A stretch of DNA of 64,000 bases from positions 19,778,001-19,842,000 of the forward strand of contig NC_091995.1 of assembly GCF_044704955.1 (NCBI RefSeq), given 5' to 3'. Position numbers and translations under genes: made by a program. The notes under the pieces were generated by a model. The model was given only the letters and a program-made list of their open reading frames with translations, searched no databases and had not been told where the DNA came from. Position 1 is the first letter of the stretch. The number at the start of each line of letters is the position of its first letter. Source of the stretch: Pristiophorus japonicus (taxonomy: Eukaryota). Of this stretch, positions 36,231 through 51,900 are shown in pieces.

Positions 36231-39200
36231 GTTTTAAGATTGGGATCACTGGTTAGTGAATTAGGATTAGGGTTGTTGACCACAACACAAATCACTATAA
36301 AATTAAAAGAACCACTCACACTTACCTTCGGAGCACTTTCCCTCTCTCTGCCCTGCCGGCGATGCTGGATCGCTCTGGTTTCCCAGGCGGTCAGAGCAGG
36401 TGCACTTCCGGGTGGACGGATCGGGCAAAAGTGCAAACTACTGCCGGTGTGACAACCGGAGGTGTTGTACACCCGGTGCAGCTCTTCCCGGCGGTGCTGC
36501 TCAGTGCCACCACAAAACCGGACCGGAGGATGGTGACGGGACGCAGGAGACCTGAACACTGCCTTTCACACCGCTCCGGGGCAAAACCCAGAGCACCAAG
36601 GAGCGGAACATCCAGCCCATAATATTCTGAGGGGGATTGACAGGGTGAAATCTCTTCACTCACAGGGTGGTGAATCTTTACAATTCTCTACCCCAGAAAG
36701 CTGTGCAGGCTCCGTCGTTGAGTATATACAAGACAGAGATGGATAGATTTTTGGATGTTCAGGGAATCCAGGGATATGGGGATAGTGCAGGAAAGTGGCG
36801 TTGAGGTGGATCAGCCACGATCTTATTGAATGGTGAGCAGGCTCAAGTGGCCGAATAGTCTACTCCTGCTCCTATTTCTTTTGTTCTTGTGTTCCCCCCA
36901 TCGCCTCAAATCTAATATTCCTGTGTGGGCCTGCCCCACCCATGGGACTTCACACACAATGGGTGGTCTGGTGGGAACTTACAGATACATTGCCCACCAT
37001 TTTCTTTCTATTTTAAATGGTGAAAATTCTCAGGCAGCACATGTGCATCATAAACTGTCGTTGCTGTGAAGCCCCATCAGTGGCACAAACCATGGAAAAT
37101 TCTCTCCATTGTCTTCAAATTAAACCCAAAATGTATCTGTACTGATGTTAATCCAACTCCCTCACACTGTCACTCAGTAACCCCTCCCCCAGCACAGTGT
37201 TACTGACTGTATCTGTACTGATGTTAATCCAGCTCCCTCACACTGTCACTCAGTAACCCCTCCCCCAGCACTGTGTTACTGACTGTATCTGTACTGATGT
37301 TAATCCAGCTCCCTCACACTGTCATTCAGTAACCCCTCCCCCAGCACTGTGTTACTGACTGTATCTGTACTGATGTTAATCCAGCTCCCTCACACTGTCA
37401 CTCAGTAACCCCTCCCCCAGCACTGTGTTACTGACTGTATCTGTACTGATGTTAATCCAGCTCCATCACACTGTCACTCAGTTACCCCTCCCCCAGCACT
37501 GTGTTACTGACTGTATCTGTACTGATGTTAATCCAGCTCCCTCACACTGTCACTCAGTAACCCCTCCCCCAGCACTTTGTGTTACTGACTGTATCTGTAC
37601 TGATGTTAATCCAGCTCCCTCACACTGTCACTCAGTAACCCCTCCCCCAGCACTTTGTGTTACTGACTGTATCTGTACTGATGTTAATCCAGCTCCCTCA
37701 CACTGACACTCAGTAACCCCTCTCCCAGCACCGCGTGTTACTGACTGCGGTTGAGGAGCGCGCGTCATCTGAAAATCAAAGGCCGGAGGGAGGAAGCGCG
37801 CGGGGATAGGGAGGCTGTGATTGGAGGATCGGCGAGTGTCAGCGCCGGGGGCGGGGCAGGGGAGAGAGAGAGCGGGAAAAGGGGAGTCTGTGATTGGCTG
37901 AATGAGTGTTATTTACAGACAGTGAAGAGGGAGAGGGCACCTCACTAACACTGGGGGAGGGTTTCTGCTTTGGGTCCAATCAACAATCTGGGCACAAATT
38001 GCACTCAAACTGGCGCTCGGTACGGGTCTTTAAACTGTTTTTGCTTTGGACAGGATTTGGGGAAGAGCGGGATATATATGTGTGTCGTTAAGTTCTGTCC
38101 AGTATCATGACACAACGGGCAGGATAATTCCAACACAGGTTCCTAAAGGCCGGCACAAGGAATCTCCTGCTTAAAGAGAGAGCTGAGAGTGATATTGGCC
38201 TTGGAAGAAGAGCAGTGCAGGTTGACCAGAATGATAATGGGGCAAAAAGGGTTAAATTATGAGGACAGGTCACACAGACTAGACTTGTATTCCCTCGAGT
38301 AAAGGAGATTAACGGATGGTCTAATTGAGGTGATTAAGATGATTAAAGAAGTTGATGGGTTAAATAGAGAGAGAAACTACTTCCTCTGGTGTGGAGAGTC
38401 CAGAACAAGGGGGAATAACCTTAACATTAGAGCTCGGCCATCCATGGGTGATGTCAGGAAGCACTTCTTCACACAAAGGTTAGTGAGAATCTGGAACTCT
38501 CTCAGCAAAATGCTGTTAAGTCTGGAATCAATCGGAAATGGTAAAACTGAGATTGATAGATTTTTGTTAGAAACATAGAAAATAGGTGCAGGATTAGGCC
38601 ATTCGGCCCTTCGAGCCTGCACCAGCATTCAATAAGACCATGGCTGATCATTCACCTCAGTACCCCTTTCCTGCTTTCTCTCCATACCCCTTGATCCCTT
38701 TAGCCCTAAGGGCCATATCTAACTCCCTCTTGAATATATCCAATGAACTGGCATCAACAACTCTCTGCGGCAGGAAATTCCACAGATTAACAACTCTCTG
38801 AGTGAAGAAGTTTCTCCTCATCTCAGTCCTAAATGGCCTACGCCTTATCCTAAGACTGTGTCCCCTGGTTCTGGATTTTCCCAACATCGGGAACAATCTA
38901 CCCGCATCTAACCTATCCAGTCCCGTCAGAATCTTATACATTTCTATGAGATCCCCTCTCATCCTTCTAAACTCCAGTGTATAAAAGCCCAGTTGATCCA
39001 GGGTAAGGGTATTGAGGCATTTGGAACCAAACCGGTTGATGGAGTTAAGATACAGATCAGCCACGATCTAATAGAAAGGTGGAACAGGTTCGAGGGGCTG
39101 AATGGCCTGCTCCTGTTCCAATGTTCCTCTGTCGTAAACCCAACCCCCACAGTCAGAAGGAAAATTCCAACATGCACTACATTCCCCCTGGCCCACAGAA

Positions 39201-41475
39201 GATACATTTTAGCCTGTATTTCGATCATAATTATAATAATCTTCAACGCAAAATGTATTTAGGATTTAACTAGGACCAGAGGAAATCATGAAAGGGTTTA
39301 TGATATTGCCAGATAGACAATCCCCCTCTCTGCCCCATTATTAGTATATTGTTGCCTTGGTCACCTTACAATAACTTGAGTGTTTCAGTGCAGACAGATG
39401 CAGGCTCGAGATCCCACGGCTGGGCTGATGTGTGCATTGTCCTTCTCCACAAGGCTTCTGTGCCAAGTCTTCCAGTGGTTCAGGACCTACTATTCACTGG
39501 AATTTTATTAATGGACCTGACATCAAAGGTATCCCGGCTGGAGGACCATCGAATGAAAATGTTAACGTGCGGAGAGAATCCATTGTTAATGGTGTGTTGG
39601 TCTTCAGATTTGAGGAGGCGATATTTAAACCCCTTGTGTCAGATCCAGTTGTTGATAATGGGGGGAGCAAAATTAGAACACGGGCGGGGGCACAAAACGG
39701 GCGGTATCGCATTGGTCACCCGTTATACGCCCGGCCCGATATTCAGTTCCGTTGACGTCAATAGCACTCAATTTTGGGCCTGTGATATAACGGGCACCAA
39801 ATACAATTCCACCTGTTTTGTGTCCCCCCACCTAAGTCCAATTCCACCCCTACAGTCTATTGAACAAAGGGTCAGAGCTGCAGCCGTCACAGTTCCGTTG
39901 CTCCTCTCTGCTTTCTTGGTCTGCACAGACCCGTTGTCTTATTCCGGATGGCAACTCAACCCATTATCACCCGATTCATTTTTATTTCAGAATCTTATGA
40001 CCGTCTTATCTGTATTGTGCCGAAAGAGTCTTATTTGCTTCTTGAGTCCTGCCGTGTCAGATTGTACAAACCGCTATTTTAGAGCGTCGCAGTGAATTGG
40101 ACGACCCGTATTGTTCTGTTATGTTGGAAAGTGAATGGTGATCATTTCTACCTTGTACATTGCACAAACCCATCAGGATTTGATATCTCAGGATGCATGG
40201 ATGGCTTTAACACCCCGCTCACTGTAATTGGTAAGGACGTATTTATAATAAAATGTTTCTGTATATTCTGTTACACTACCTTGTAGTTTCTGCTGTAGTG
40301 ATGTACTGATTAATAGCACACTGTTCGGCACGTATGACTGAATCGGGGGTAAATAAAACGGGGCAGGATATTCTCTGCCCACAATGTGTTAGCGACGTTA
40401 TAAACATAAGCGGAAAGATTTTCAACTGAAGTTGGAAAATGAGTGGTAGCCTCTCAGTGAGAAGGCTGTGGATTCAAGTCCCACATCAGGGACTTGAGCC
40501 CAAAATCTAGGCTGGCACTCCAGTGCAGTACTGAGGGAGTGCTGCACTGTCGGAGGTGTCGTCTTTCGGGATGAGATTTAAACTGAGGCCCTGTTTACCT
40601 TCTCAGGTGGTCATAGAAGATCCCATGGCACGATTTCTGTGACGAGTAGGGGACTTCTCCCCGGTGTCCTGGTCAATATTTACACCTCAAACCAACACCT
40701 AAAAAGAGATTATGTGGCCCTTTATCTCTTGCTGTGCACAAATCGACCACCGCGTTTCCTACAATACAACAGTGACTACACTTCAAAAGTAATTCATTGG
40801 CTGTAAAGTGATTTGGGACATCCTGAGTTTGTGAAAGGCGCGATAGAAATGCAAGTCTTTCTCTTTTTATCTATTTCTTTCATTATTTCTTTCTTTTTCT
40901 CTCCCTTTCTCTCTCTCTAAGAGCAACAATGAACCCAACACCCTTTCCCTGGACCATCCTTGTCTTGTGTTCCCAGTGGGGTCCCGCCAGCTGACCACAC
41001 AAAGTTCATCCCAACATTCCGGTACTTATCCCAGAACCTCTTTGTGTGGGGCTGGCTCCTGGCTAGGCTTCCCACACTGATACATGGAAATATCAGTCGG
41101 TTTGACATCACGAATACGGTTTGGTTTCTAAGCCAAGTTTCGGAGCTGTGAAGACAAATCGCCCCAGCGCCACAAATTCAACCGGATAAATTAAACTGAA
41201 CTCAATTTTACCGATTTCTACTGGGTGTTATCCTGAAGGAATATTGCTGCATGTTGGTCCAAAATGTGCATCCATCAGTATTGGAAACAATTTTGTTTCC
41301 TTTCAACAGAAGAAACACCGATATATGTCCAAGTGGAGATGGGGTGTGACTTGGTGGGGAACTTGGGGGTGGTGGTGTTCCCATGCACCTGCTGCTCTTG
41401 TCCTTCTCGGTGGTGGGGGTCAGGGGTCAGGGGTCAGGGGGGTTCTGTTGGAGAAGGCTTGGTGAGTTGCTGCCT

Positions 41476-41975
41476 GTGGGGGAGGGAGTGGGTGTTTAAG
41501 GTGGGGGAGGGAGTGGGTGTTTAAGGTGGGGGAGGGAGTGGGTGTTTAAGGTGGGGGAGGGAGTGAGTGTTTAAGGTGGGGGAGGGAGTGGGTGTTTAAG
41601 GTGGGGGAGGGAGTGGGTGTTTAAGGTGGGGGAGGGAGTGGGTGTTTAAGGTGGGGGAGGGAGTGGGTGTTTAAGGTGGGGGAGGGAGTGGGTGTTTAAG
41701 GTGGGGGAGGGAGTGGGTGTTTAAGGTGGGGGAGGGAGTGGGTGTTTAAGGTGGGGGAGGGAGTGGGTGTTTAAGGTGGGGGAGGGAGTGGGTGTTTAAG
41801 GTGGGGGAGGAAGTGAGTGTTTAAGGTGGGGGAGGGAGTGGGTGTTTTAGGTGGGGGAGGGAGTGGGTGTTTAAGGTGGGGGAGGGAGTGGGTGTTTAAG
41901 GTGGGGGAAGGAGTGGGTGTTTAAGGTGGGGGAGGGAGTGGGTGTTTAAGGTGGGGAAGGGAGTGGGTGTTTAAG
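41476..41975 (+). repeat. 25-bp G-rich VNTR, ~20 copies
   Basis: Tandem GTGGGGGAGGGAGTGGGTGTTTAAG. Confidence 0.95.
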
Positions 41976-44900
41976 CTGTTGAATGGGCTGCTGATCAAGC
42001 TGACTGCTTTGTCTTCTATTGTGTTCGGATATTTATATATGTGTAAGTTATATTTAAAATTCCTGTTCAAATAAAGTCACTCTTCAAATGCACCCATTGT
42101 CATTTGAAAACATATTCTTCCTGTGACCATAAATGCTGTTGCCTCAAATTACAAGGGATAGAACTGGTGGTACTGTTGGTTACAGAGGAAACAATTATTT
42201 ATTTAACCTAAGTGTATGAAATTTTGCTTTCCATTGTGTGATTGACATTTAGAACTCGCAGCAATTGAAACCTCGTGTTCAGGGAGTTACAATATATTTG
42301 GGAATGTTAAAGGACCCCACTTTTGACCTCTCATTGGATATCAGGACACCTTCATTGCATATTACAGTAAATGGAACATTTTCACCTGTAGGTATTTTCT
42401 CAAAACATGACCACCAATGTTGAAACAATGTAAAGGTGTGTGTGAACTTCCATGGTTGGAGATTGGGAAGCTGTGCAATACCAGGTCAACATCTTGGCAG
42501 AACCACACTGCCGGCTGGTGACCAAATGAGTCCCTTCAGCACCTGGTTATATCTGTGGAGACGACCAAAGACACCAATAGTCAACACGGCACGCTGTCTG
42601 TCATCTGCTGGCAGCCTCTCACTTTACCGGGCTGACACACCCCTTAACCCATGCTTTTCTGTTTCTGTCCATGCACATCGGGTACAATCTACAAGGACAA
42701 TCTGATCAACAAATGTAACAAGATCAGGTTAGGATAAAAGTGCACAGGGACATAGGAACAGGAAGAGGACAGACAGTCTCTCAAGCCTGTTCCATCATTC
42801 ACTTTGACCATGGCTGATCTGTATCGTAACTCCATTTATCTGGTTTGGTTCCATATCCCTTCAGACCCTCACCTAACAAAAATCTGTCAAAGTCAGTTAT
42901 GACATTTTCAAACAACAACCAGACTCAACAGCTTTTTGGGGAAGAGAGTTCCATATTTCCACTACCCTCTGTGTGAAGAGGTGCTTCCTGACATCACCCC
43001 TGAACAGCCTGGCTCTAATTTTAATGTTATGCCCCTTGTTCTGGAATCCCCCACCAGAGGAAATAATTTCACTCTTATCGACTGTATCAAATACTTTAAT
43101 CATCTTAAACATCTCAATGATATCAGCCCTTAATCTTCTATACTCAGCAGAATACAAGCCAAGTCTATGCAACCTGTTCCCATTATTTAACCCTTTTAGC
43201 CCAAGTATCATTCTGGTCAATCTGTGCTGCACTCTCTCCAAGGCCAACATATCCTTCCTGAGATGTGGGGCCCAGAACTGAGCGCAGTGCTCCAGATGTG
43301 GTCTGACCAGAGCCTTATACAACTGGACCATTACTTCACCTTTTAAGGCAAGTAACAGAAATAAATAAAGTACATTGCCCAAGAATTTACGCTTTGAACG
43401 CAATCAGCAATCCGGGCCCAAATTGCGTCTGTTTTGAGAAGTTTTATTTCTCGAGTTCCCGCTCAAACTCATTTGCATATATTGGAACAAACCAGCGCAA
43501 CAGACGGAAAGTCCAGGCCCCAAAATGGACAAAGGATGTAGAAAACTAAAGCAGCGAGAGGCCTGAGGCAAAGGGGAGAAAATGGCAGAGATGGGAAACA
43601 GGAAACATCCGGACAGAAAGGGTGAATTTAAAACACACTTTTAAACTAAAACACAAGTTGGTAAAAGTACAGCGGACCAGAGAAGGGACAGAACAGGTGA
43701 AGAGGGAGGGCACAGCCTACCTCCCCCAGCACTGTGGTCTGACCAAGGATTCCCCCAACCCAAACACCAACCTGTCTTCCCCTTCCCTGGGCACCGACAG
43801 AACCCGCTCCCCACCCCTCCCCGAATATCTCTGGAGATATCTGGTCCCTGATCGATTTATACAGCTCTCTGACGGGCATTTTCCGTACTTTGCCCGTGGA
43901 TCCCAAATACCAGTTTTGCTCTATTTATTTCCCCACCCAAGAACAAGGCCCAATTATTGGGAGACAGTAAATGAAAGTGCAGTTAAATGAAAGGTGTTGC
44001 ACACAGTGATGAGTTGTGTGCCCAGTGTCATTCTGTCCAAAGTGAACTAACAAAGTGAGTGCGCTGGGTTGTTAGTGAACCGTTAACCTTTTTCTCTCCA
44101 CTTTCCATATTTGCATCTCAGCACTTTGTGAGCAGGAAGGAGTTGCCTCTAGGCAGGAAGAACAAGAAATGTACCACAAATAACAGCATTCCTCACCACC
44201 TCACACACTTCACCTTTTTTGTATTGATTCACACCTTGAGCACAACATATTCCCAAGTGTACAGAGTCTGAGTGAGTATACAGAGAAAAACATAGAAGTT
44301 ACAACATGGACACAGGCCATTTGACCAAACCGTCCATGTCAGCATTTACCCTCCACCAAAACCAGTAATTCTATTCACATTTAACCGTCCTGTTCCCATA
44401 TCGCACTCGGTAACGGTCGGAGGGTCGAGGGATCGAGGGGGAGGAGGGGTGTCGGTAACGATCGGAGGGTCGGGGGATCGAGGGGGAGGAGGGGTGTCGG
44501 TAACGATCGGAGGGTCGGGGGATCGAGGGGGAGGTGGGGTATCGGTAACGATCGGAGGGTCGGGGGATCGAGGGGGAGGTGGGGTGTCGGTAACGATCGG
44601 AGGGTCGAGGGGGAGGAGGGGGAGGAGGGGTGTCGGTTACGATCGGAGGGTCGAGGGGGAGGAGGGGGAGGAGGGGTGTCGGTAACGATCGGAGGGTCGG
44701 GGGATCGAGGGGGAGGTGGGGTGTCGGTAACGATCGGAGGGATGGAGGATCGAGGGGGAGGTGAGGTATCGGTAACGATCGGAGGGTCGAGGGATCGAGG
44801 GGGAGGAGGGGTATTGGTAACGATCGGAGGGTCGGGGGATCGAGGGGGAGGAGGGGTGTCGGTAACGATTGGAGGGTCGGGGGATCGAGGGGGAGGAGGG

Positions 44901-45937
44901 GTGTCGGTAACGATCGGAGGGTCGAGGGGAGGAGGGGGAGGAGGGGTGTCGGTAATGATCGGAGGGTCGGGGGATCGAGGGGGAGGAGGGGTGTCGGTAA
45001 TGATCGGAGGGTTGGAGGATCGATGGGGGAGGAGGGGTGTCGGTAACGATCGGAGGGTTGGAGGATCGAGGGGGAGGAGGGGTGTCGGTAATGATCGGAG
45101 GGCAAGTGGATCGCATGGGCAGTGTCGGTAACGATTTGGGCCAGAGGAGCAAATCGTGGGTCAGAGCAGCGGTGGGACGATTGGATGGCTGGAGAAGTGA
45201 GGGGCGGGGGGGGCGATCGGGGGGAGAGGTCTGGAATGACCGGGGAGCAGAGGAGAAGCAGGGGTCTGGAGCAGCAGATCGGGGGCAGGAGGAGCGGATT
45301 GGTGGCAGGAGGGAGTGTGGGGGAGTAGGATTTGGAATATCCGGGAGGAGCAGGAGTGGGAGATGGGGGCGCTGGGGGCGGGGTGGGTGGAGGAGGCAGA
45401 CGACATCGGAGGACGGGAGGAACATGGGGAGGGGGATCGGAGGCCTCGGGGCTTGTCCGATCGTGGGGAGGGGGTGAGGCAGGGACACTGGATCCAGGAG
45501 GTAAGTGTAAAGGTGCTTACCTCCTGGATCCAGCAGTACTCACCTTCCATTAGCTGGCGGCTTTCACCAGGCCTGAAAAACCCAACCAGCTGCAGTTACA
45601 TTTAAAATGGAGGTTAAATCTGAGGCACGCCAGCCTCATTATAATATTTAAATGTAGACCCGCCTCCTGGGAGCGGATTGGCTGCCCGGCCCCGCCCCGC
45701 CTCCGTTAATACCGGAAGTGGGCGGGTTGGAGGCGGGTTCTGGTCAGGATTCAGATTTTAACACTTTAACTTCCCACCCGACCACAACCCACCCGTTTTT
45801 GGGTTAAAATTCCCCCCATTGTCACTCGGTTGTACCCGGCCTGACCTCAGGTGACATTGAGACCATCCACACCACCTGTGACTGAGACCGACGACCATCA
45901 GTTTGCAGCTGGCAGGAGGCAGGTAGGTGGTGTGAAA

Positions 45938-48900
45938 TTATGGGATGGACAGGTTAGTGACCTTTGACCCACAGATTGTTAGCGGGGCGGAGTTTTTCCC
46001 GCCGTCACTCTGTCCCGGACAGAAGATGGGAAAGAGTGTCTCAGTGAAAGTGTGGGTGAAGGTGTGGAGATGGGACATGTTGTCTGCATTGTAAAATGTC
46101 ACCTGTCCCCCCTCATAGTCCAGGAACACCCCGATCTTCCGGGGATCCCCACTCGGGGTGAGGAGGGTATCAGAGGGGGAGGTGAGGGCAACATAGACAC
46201 TTCCGGTCACCAGCCACACAGTCCAGTATCCGGCCTCAGGTCTCAGGCTGATTCTCCCTTTCCTGTTGACAGACTCTCGAGCCACTCCCACACTCCACTG
46301 TGTCTTGTTCCCCACCTCCACCTCCCAGTAGTGTCTCCCTGATGTGAATCCCTCCGATCCCAAGACATAGAGACCGGGATCAAATCTCTCCGGGGTGTCA
46401 GGGAGCTTCTGCCGTTTGTCTCCGTGTCTCACACTGGTCCGGTCCTCAGACACGATGAGCCAGGGATTCGCTGTGTTCAGATCCAGAGTCAGAGAGGCTG
46501 GAGCTGGGGGAAAGTTACAATAACACAGTGAGCGGTTTAGTTTGTTGCTGTGATTTATTCAAACACTTTCCCTTTTTAAAGTGGCCATTCGGGGGATTCC
46601 CGGGAACTGCGGTGTGTTTAAAGGGCTCCAGGTTCTGTTATTGGAATCTGCTCTGACCCGGGGGTTTACACTCCTGGGGTCACTCTGACCTCTGCTGACC
46701 ACTGCGATCTGACCAGGAACTCTGCGGCCCCCGGTCCCCTGCTGTTCTCAGCGGCTGCACAGTGACCCAGGGACCTTCAGAAACACACAGGGAATCGGCA
46801 CCAGAGGCTACGGCGGGGCTTCCGAACGGAAGAGGGGGAGAGGTACAGGCACCGGAAGGGAAGAGAGAAGGGAAGGGGAAAAGGGAAAAGAAGCAAAAGT
46901 GGGGGAACTGCTGCAGAGGGGAAGAGAGAACCCAGAGGAGGAGCGAAATTATATTAAAAAAACCAGCATCATTATATCCATAAATCACAATAGTCTCCAA
47001 CACACAATCCGGCAAAACTAAACTGATGGACATAAAAGGACAGGTGGAAGCGGCATTTCGACAGGAGACCCTCCTCATCGCCCTCAGAACACACCAGGTT
47101 TATGAGTGAGTGGGTGGGACAAATGCTGGCCGCCTTCTCCTCAGCCAAGAGCAGAGGACAGTCACACTAATCACCAGCAACCTCCCCATTACTCTGGAGA
47201 TACACATTCCTGGAGAAGGAGGCCGCTCCATCCTCATGAAATTTGATGAACAGGAGAACCCAAAGTGATGCTTCAGTTCAGTGTCCCGAATGAGGAGTCC
47301 CCACATCAGCATTCCTCACACTCGTCCCACCTATGGACAGCACAGGAACCAGGAGTGGAGACCCAAACTATGCTCTTCACTCCAAACAGGACAAGCTCCC
47401 AGCGGACACAGGACCCGAGGACCAGCAGCCGGAGCAATCCGAGATCAGTGTGGTGTCCTGGGCCTAGAGGATGTATGGTGGGCCCACACCCCAAAGAGAA
47501 GGAATTCACCTTCTACTTGAACCCACACAAGACACACTCCAGGATCGGCTACTCCTCCCTGAAGCATCCCGTCTATCCCGCCTAACCTGTTGTGATAGGA
47601 GGTAAACAGGACTTGCACCAATTATCCTCCATTCAGTCCTCGGAGCCTCAAACCTTCCCTCCTACATGACTCAGAGTTCCTGCCTACCTCTGGGCAAAGC
47701 TTATCTCCTCACATATACCCGAAGGTGGAAAATGCAGGACTGAACTATTGCACACGGTCACTCTGTGCCCTAATCTCAGACGGTGAGGTCTAACCTGGAA
47801 AATCCACACCAACTGACACCCACCCTACCAAGATTAACATCCCATAATCCCGGAGCTTTCTCCCCTCCGACTGAACCTCCCACACCCTGTACTGGAGACA
47901 CAGAACCAGATACTCTGAAATTCATCACAATCATGTCAATACATAAGAAAAGTAAGGTTATCCCCACATGGTCACCATACACACTCCTTAATGCTGACTA
48001 TAAAATATTGGCCAAGGTCCTGACCTCCAGACTAGACACGGACATCAGTGATCATTTAATCTGGGGTCTGGGAGCCGGTTTAGGCTCCTCTCATCTGGGT
48101 TTATAAATCAGGGAAAGGAATATAAGAGTTTTACCGGGGTTAATGGTGTCTATCATTTCTCTCCACGCTGTGTACTGTAAAGGGCCGTTGAACTTTCCAA
48201 TCGACAGCTTGTCATCTGCTAATGATAGTTTATAATAATCCTCACCAGTCCTGTAAATATTAAACAGTTGATGTTATAAATTGACCATAAACACTTTGCT
48301 GAGTTATTTTACTAAATTGTGCAGAGTTTCAGTAAACAGTTTGTCCTACCTCCTCTTCTGACACGTTTCCTCCTGAAATCAATAAAACACAAATCTGAGT
48401 TAATGGAGAATCACCGTCTATATCCGGACAGCAGAAATTACACCCACATTGTTACAAGATGCTGATAATTCCCAATTCTCACTGCCGGGATCACACAGAT
48501 AGAAAGAGGATATATTTGAAAACTGGACAGCAGAAATTTCACCAAAAATTATTGAAATCATCTGGTAGAAAGAGGATGCAGTTGGTAAAAGTGATTTGTG
48601 TTGTCAGGTTGTGGAGGTCGGGAGGTGCGTCGCTGAGTCGGGAGACCGTGAGTTCGGCGAGAGGCCTATAAAGGCCGCCAGGTCGGGAGGTGCGTCGCTG
48701 AGTCGGGAGTCCGTGAGTTCAGCGAGAGGCCTATAAAGGCCGCGAGGTCGGGAGGTGCGTCGCTGAGTCGGGAGTCCGTGAGTTCGGCGAGAGGCCTATA
48801 AAGGCCGCGAGGTGCGTCACTGAGTCGGGAGTCCGTGAGTTCGGCGAGAGGCCTATAAAGGCGGAGCTTGTGCAGCTACAGGGAGAAGGCAACAAAGAAG

Positions 48901-51900
48901 TAGAAAGAAATAGAAAGGTGACGTCACAGCCACGGGGGTAAGTGATTGGCTGGTGATTGGTAAGTAGTTTTTCTTTTTCATCTTCTATATCAGTGAGTAA
49001 CTTTTCGCACTGTTGTTGCCAATTTAAGTGTATCTAAGGGTTAAGTCATGGCAGGAGAGCTCGGACACGTGTTATGCTCCTCCTGTACTACGTGTGCAGG
49101 AAGTGTATCCACCTCCAGCTCCTGACGAACCGCATTGCGGAACTGGAGCTGCGGGTGGATTCACTCTGGAGCATGCATGATGCTGAGAATGACGTGAATA
49201 TCACGTTTAGTGAGTTGGTCTTACCGCAGGTAAAGGGTGCACCAACTGGAATGGAAGACCAACAGGAAGAGCAGTGCAAGGGAGGTAGTGCAGGGGTCCC
49301 CTGCGGTCATCCCCCTGCAAAACAGATACACCGCTTTGAGTACTGTTGTTGAGGGGGATGACTCATCAGGGGGGAGCAGCAGCAGCCAAGTTCATGGCAC
49401 CGTGGCTGGCTCTGCTGCACAGGAGGGCAGGAAAAAGAGTGGGAGAGCTATAGTGATAGGGGATTCAATTGTAAGGGGAATAGATAGGCGTTTCTGCAGC
49501 CGCAACCAAGACTCCAGGATAGTCTGTTGCCTCCCTGGTGCAAGGGTCAAGGATGTCTCAGAGCGGATGCAGGACATTCTGAAAAGGGAGGGTGAACAGC
49601 CAGTTGTCGTGGTGCATATAGGTACCAATGACATTGGTAAAAAATGGGATGAGGTCCTACGAGGTGAATTTAGGGAGCTAGGAGCTAAATTAAAAAGTAG
49701 GACCTCAAAAGTAGTCATCTCAGGATTGCTACCAGTGCCACGTGCTAATCAAAGTAGGAATCGCAGGATAGCTCAGATGAATACGTGGCTTGAGGAGTGG
49801 TGCAGAAGTGGGGGATTCAAATTCCTGGGACATTGGAACCGGTTCTGGGGGAGGTGGGACCAGTACAAACCGGATGGTCTGTACCTGGGCAGGACCGGAA
49901 CTAATATCCTAGGGGGAGTGTTTGCTAGTGCTGTTCGGGAGGAGTTCAACTAATATGGCAGGGGGATGGGAACCTATGCAGGGAGACAGAGGGAAATAAC
50001 AAGGAGGCAGAAGCAAAATATAGAAAGGAGAATAGTAAAAGTGGAGGGCAGAGAAACCCAAGGCAAAAAACAAAAAGGGCCACATTACAGCAAAATTCTA
50101 AAAGGGCAAAGTTTGTTAAAAAAACAAGCCTGAACACTCTGTGCCTCAATGCGAGGAGTATTCGGAATAAGGTGGATGAATTAACTGCGCAGATAGCAAT
50201 TAATGGATACGATGTGATTGCCATCACGGAGACATGGCTCCAGGGGGACCAAGGCTGGGAACTCAACATCCAAGGGTATTCAGCATTTAGGAAGGATAGA
50301 CAGAAAGAATTGCTGGTTAAAGATGAAATCAATGCAATTGTAAGGAAGGACATTAGCCTGGATGATGTGGAATCGGTATGGGTGGAGCTGCGGAATTCCA
50401 AAGGGCAGAAAACGCTCGTGGGTGTTGTGTATAGACCACCAAATGGTAGTAGTGAGGTTGGGGACAGCATAAAACAAGAAATAAGGGATGTGTGCAATAA
50501 AGGTACAGCAGTTATCATGGGCAACTTTAATCTACATATTGATTGGGCTAACCAAACTGGTAGCAATGCAGTGGAGGAGGATTTCCTGGAGTGTATTAGG
50601 GATGGTTTTCTAGACCAATCTGTCGAGGAACCAACCAGGGAGCTGTCCATCCTAGACTGGGTATTGTGTAATGAGAAGGGACTAATGAGCAATCTTGTTG
50701 TGCGAGGCCCCTTGGGGAAGAGTGACCATAATATGGTAGAATTCCTTATTAAGATGGAGAGTGACAAAGTTAATTTGGAAACTAGGGTCCTGAACTTAAG
50801 GAAAGCTAACTTCGACGGTATGAGGCATGAATTGACTAGAATAGACTGGCAAATGGTACTCAAAGGGTTGACGGTGGATAAGCAATGGCAAACATTTAAA
50901 GATCATATGGATGAACTTCAGCAAATGTACATCCCTGCCTGGAGTAAAAATAAAACGGGGAAGGTGGCTCAACCATGGCTAACAAAGGAAATTAAGGATT
51001 GTGCTAAAGCCAAGGAAGAGGCATATAAATTGGGTAGAAAAAGCAACAAAGCTGAGGACTGGGAGAAATTTAGAATTCAACAAAGGAGGACTAAGGGTTT
51101 AATTAAGAGGGGGAAAATAGAGTACGAGAGGAAGCTTACAGGGAATATAAAAACTGACTGCAAAAGCTTCTATAAATATGTGAAAAGAAAAAGATTAGTA
51201 AAGACAAATGTAGGTTCCTTGCAGTCGGATTCGGGTGAAATTATAATGGGGAACAAAGAAATGGCAGACCAATTGAACCCATACTTCGGTTCTGTCTTCA
51301 CAAAGGAAGATACAAATAACCTTCCGAAGGTACTAGGGGACAGTGGGTCTAGTGAGAAGGAGGAACTGAAGGATATCCTTATTAGGCGGGAAATTGTGTT
51401 TGGAAAATTAATGGGATTGAAGGCCGACAAATCCCCGGGGCCTGATAGTCTGCATCCCAGAGTGCTCAAGGAAGTGGCCCAAGAAATAGTGGATGCATTG
51501 GTGATCATTTTCCAACAGTCTATCGACTCTGGATCAGTTCCCATGGACTGGAGGGTAGTTAATGTAACACCACTTTTTAAAAAAGGAGGGAGAGAGAAAA
51601 CGGGTAATTATAGACTGGTTAGCTTTACATCAGCAGTGGGGAAAATGTTGGAATCGATCATGAAGGACGAAATAGCAGCGCATTTGGAAAGTGGTGACAG
51701 GATCGGACCAAGTCAGCATGGATTTATGAAGGGGAAATCATGCTTGACGAATCTTCTGCAATTTTTTTAATATGTAACTAGCAGAGTGGACAAGGGAGAA
51801 CCAGTGGGTGTGGTGTATTTGGACTTTCAGAAGGCTTTTGACACGGTCCTGCACAAGAGATTGTTGTGCAAAATAAAAGTACATGCAATTAGGGATAATA

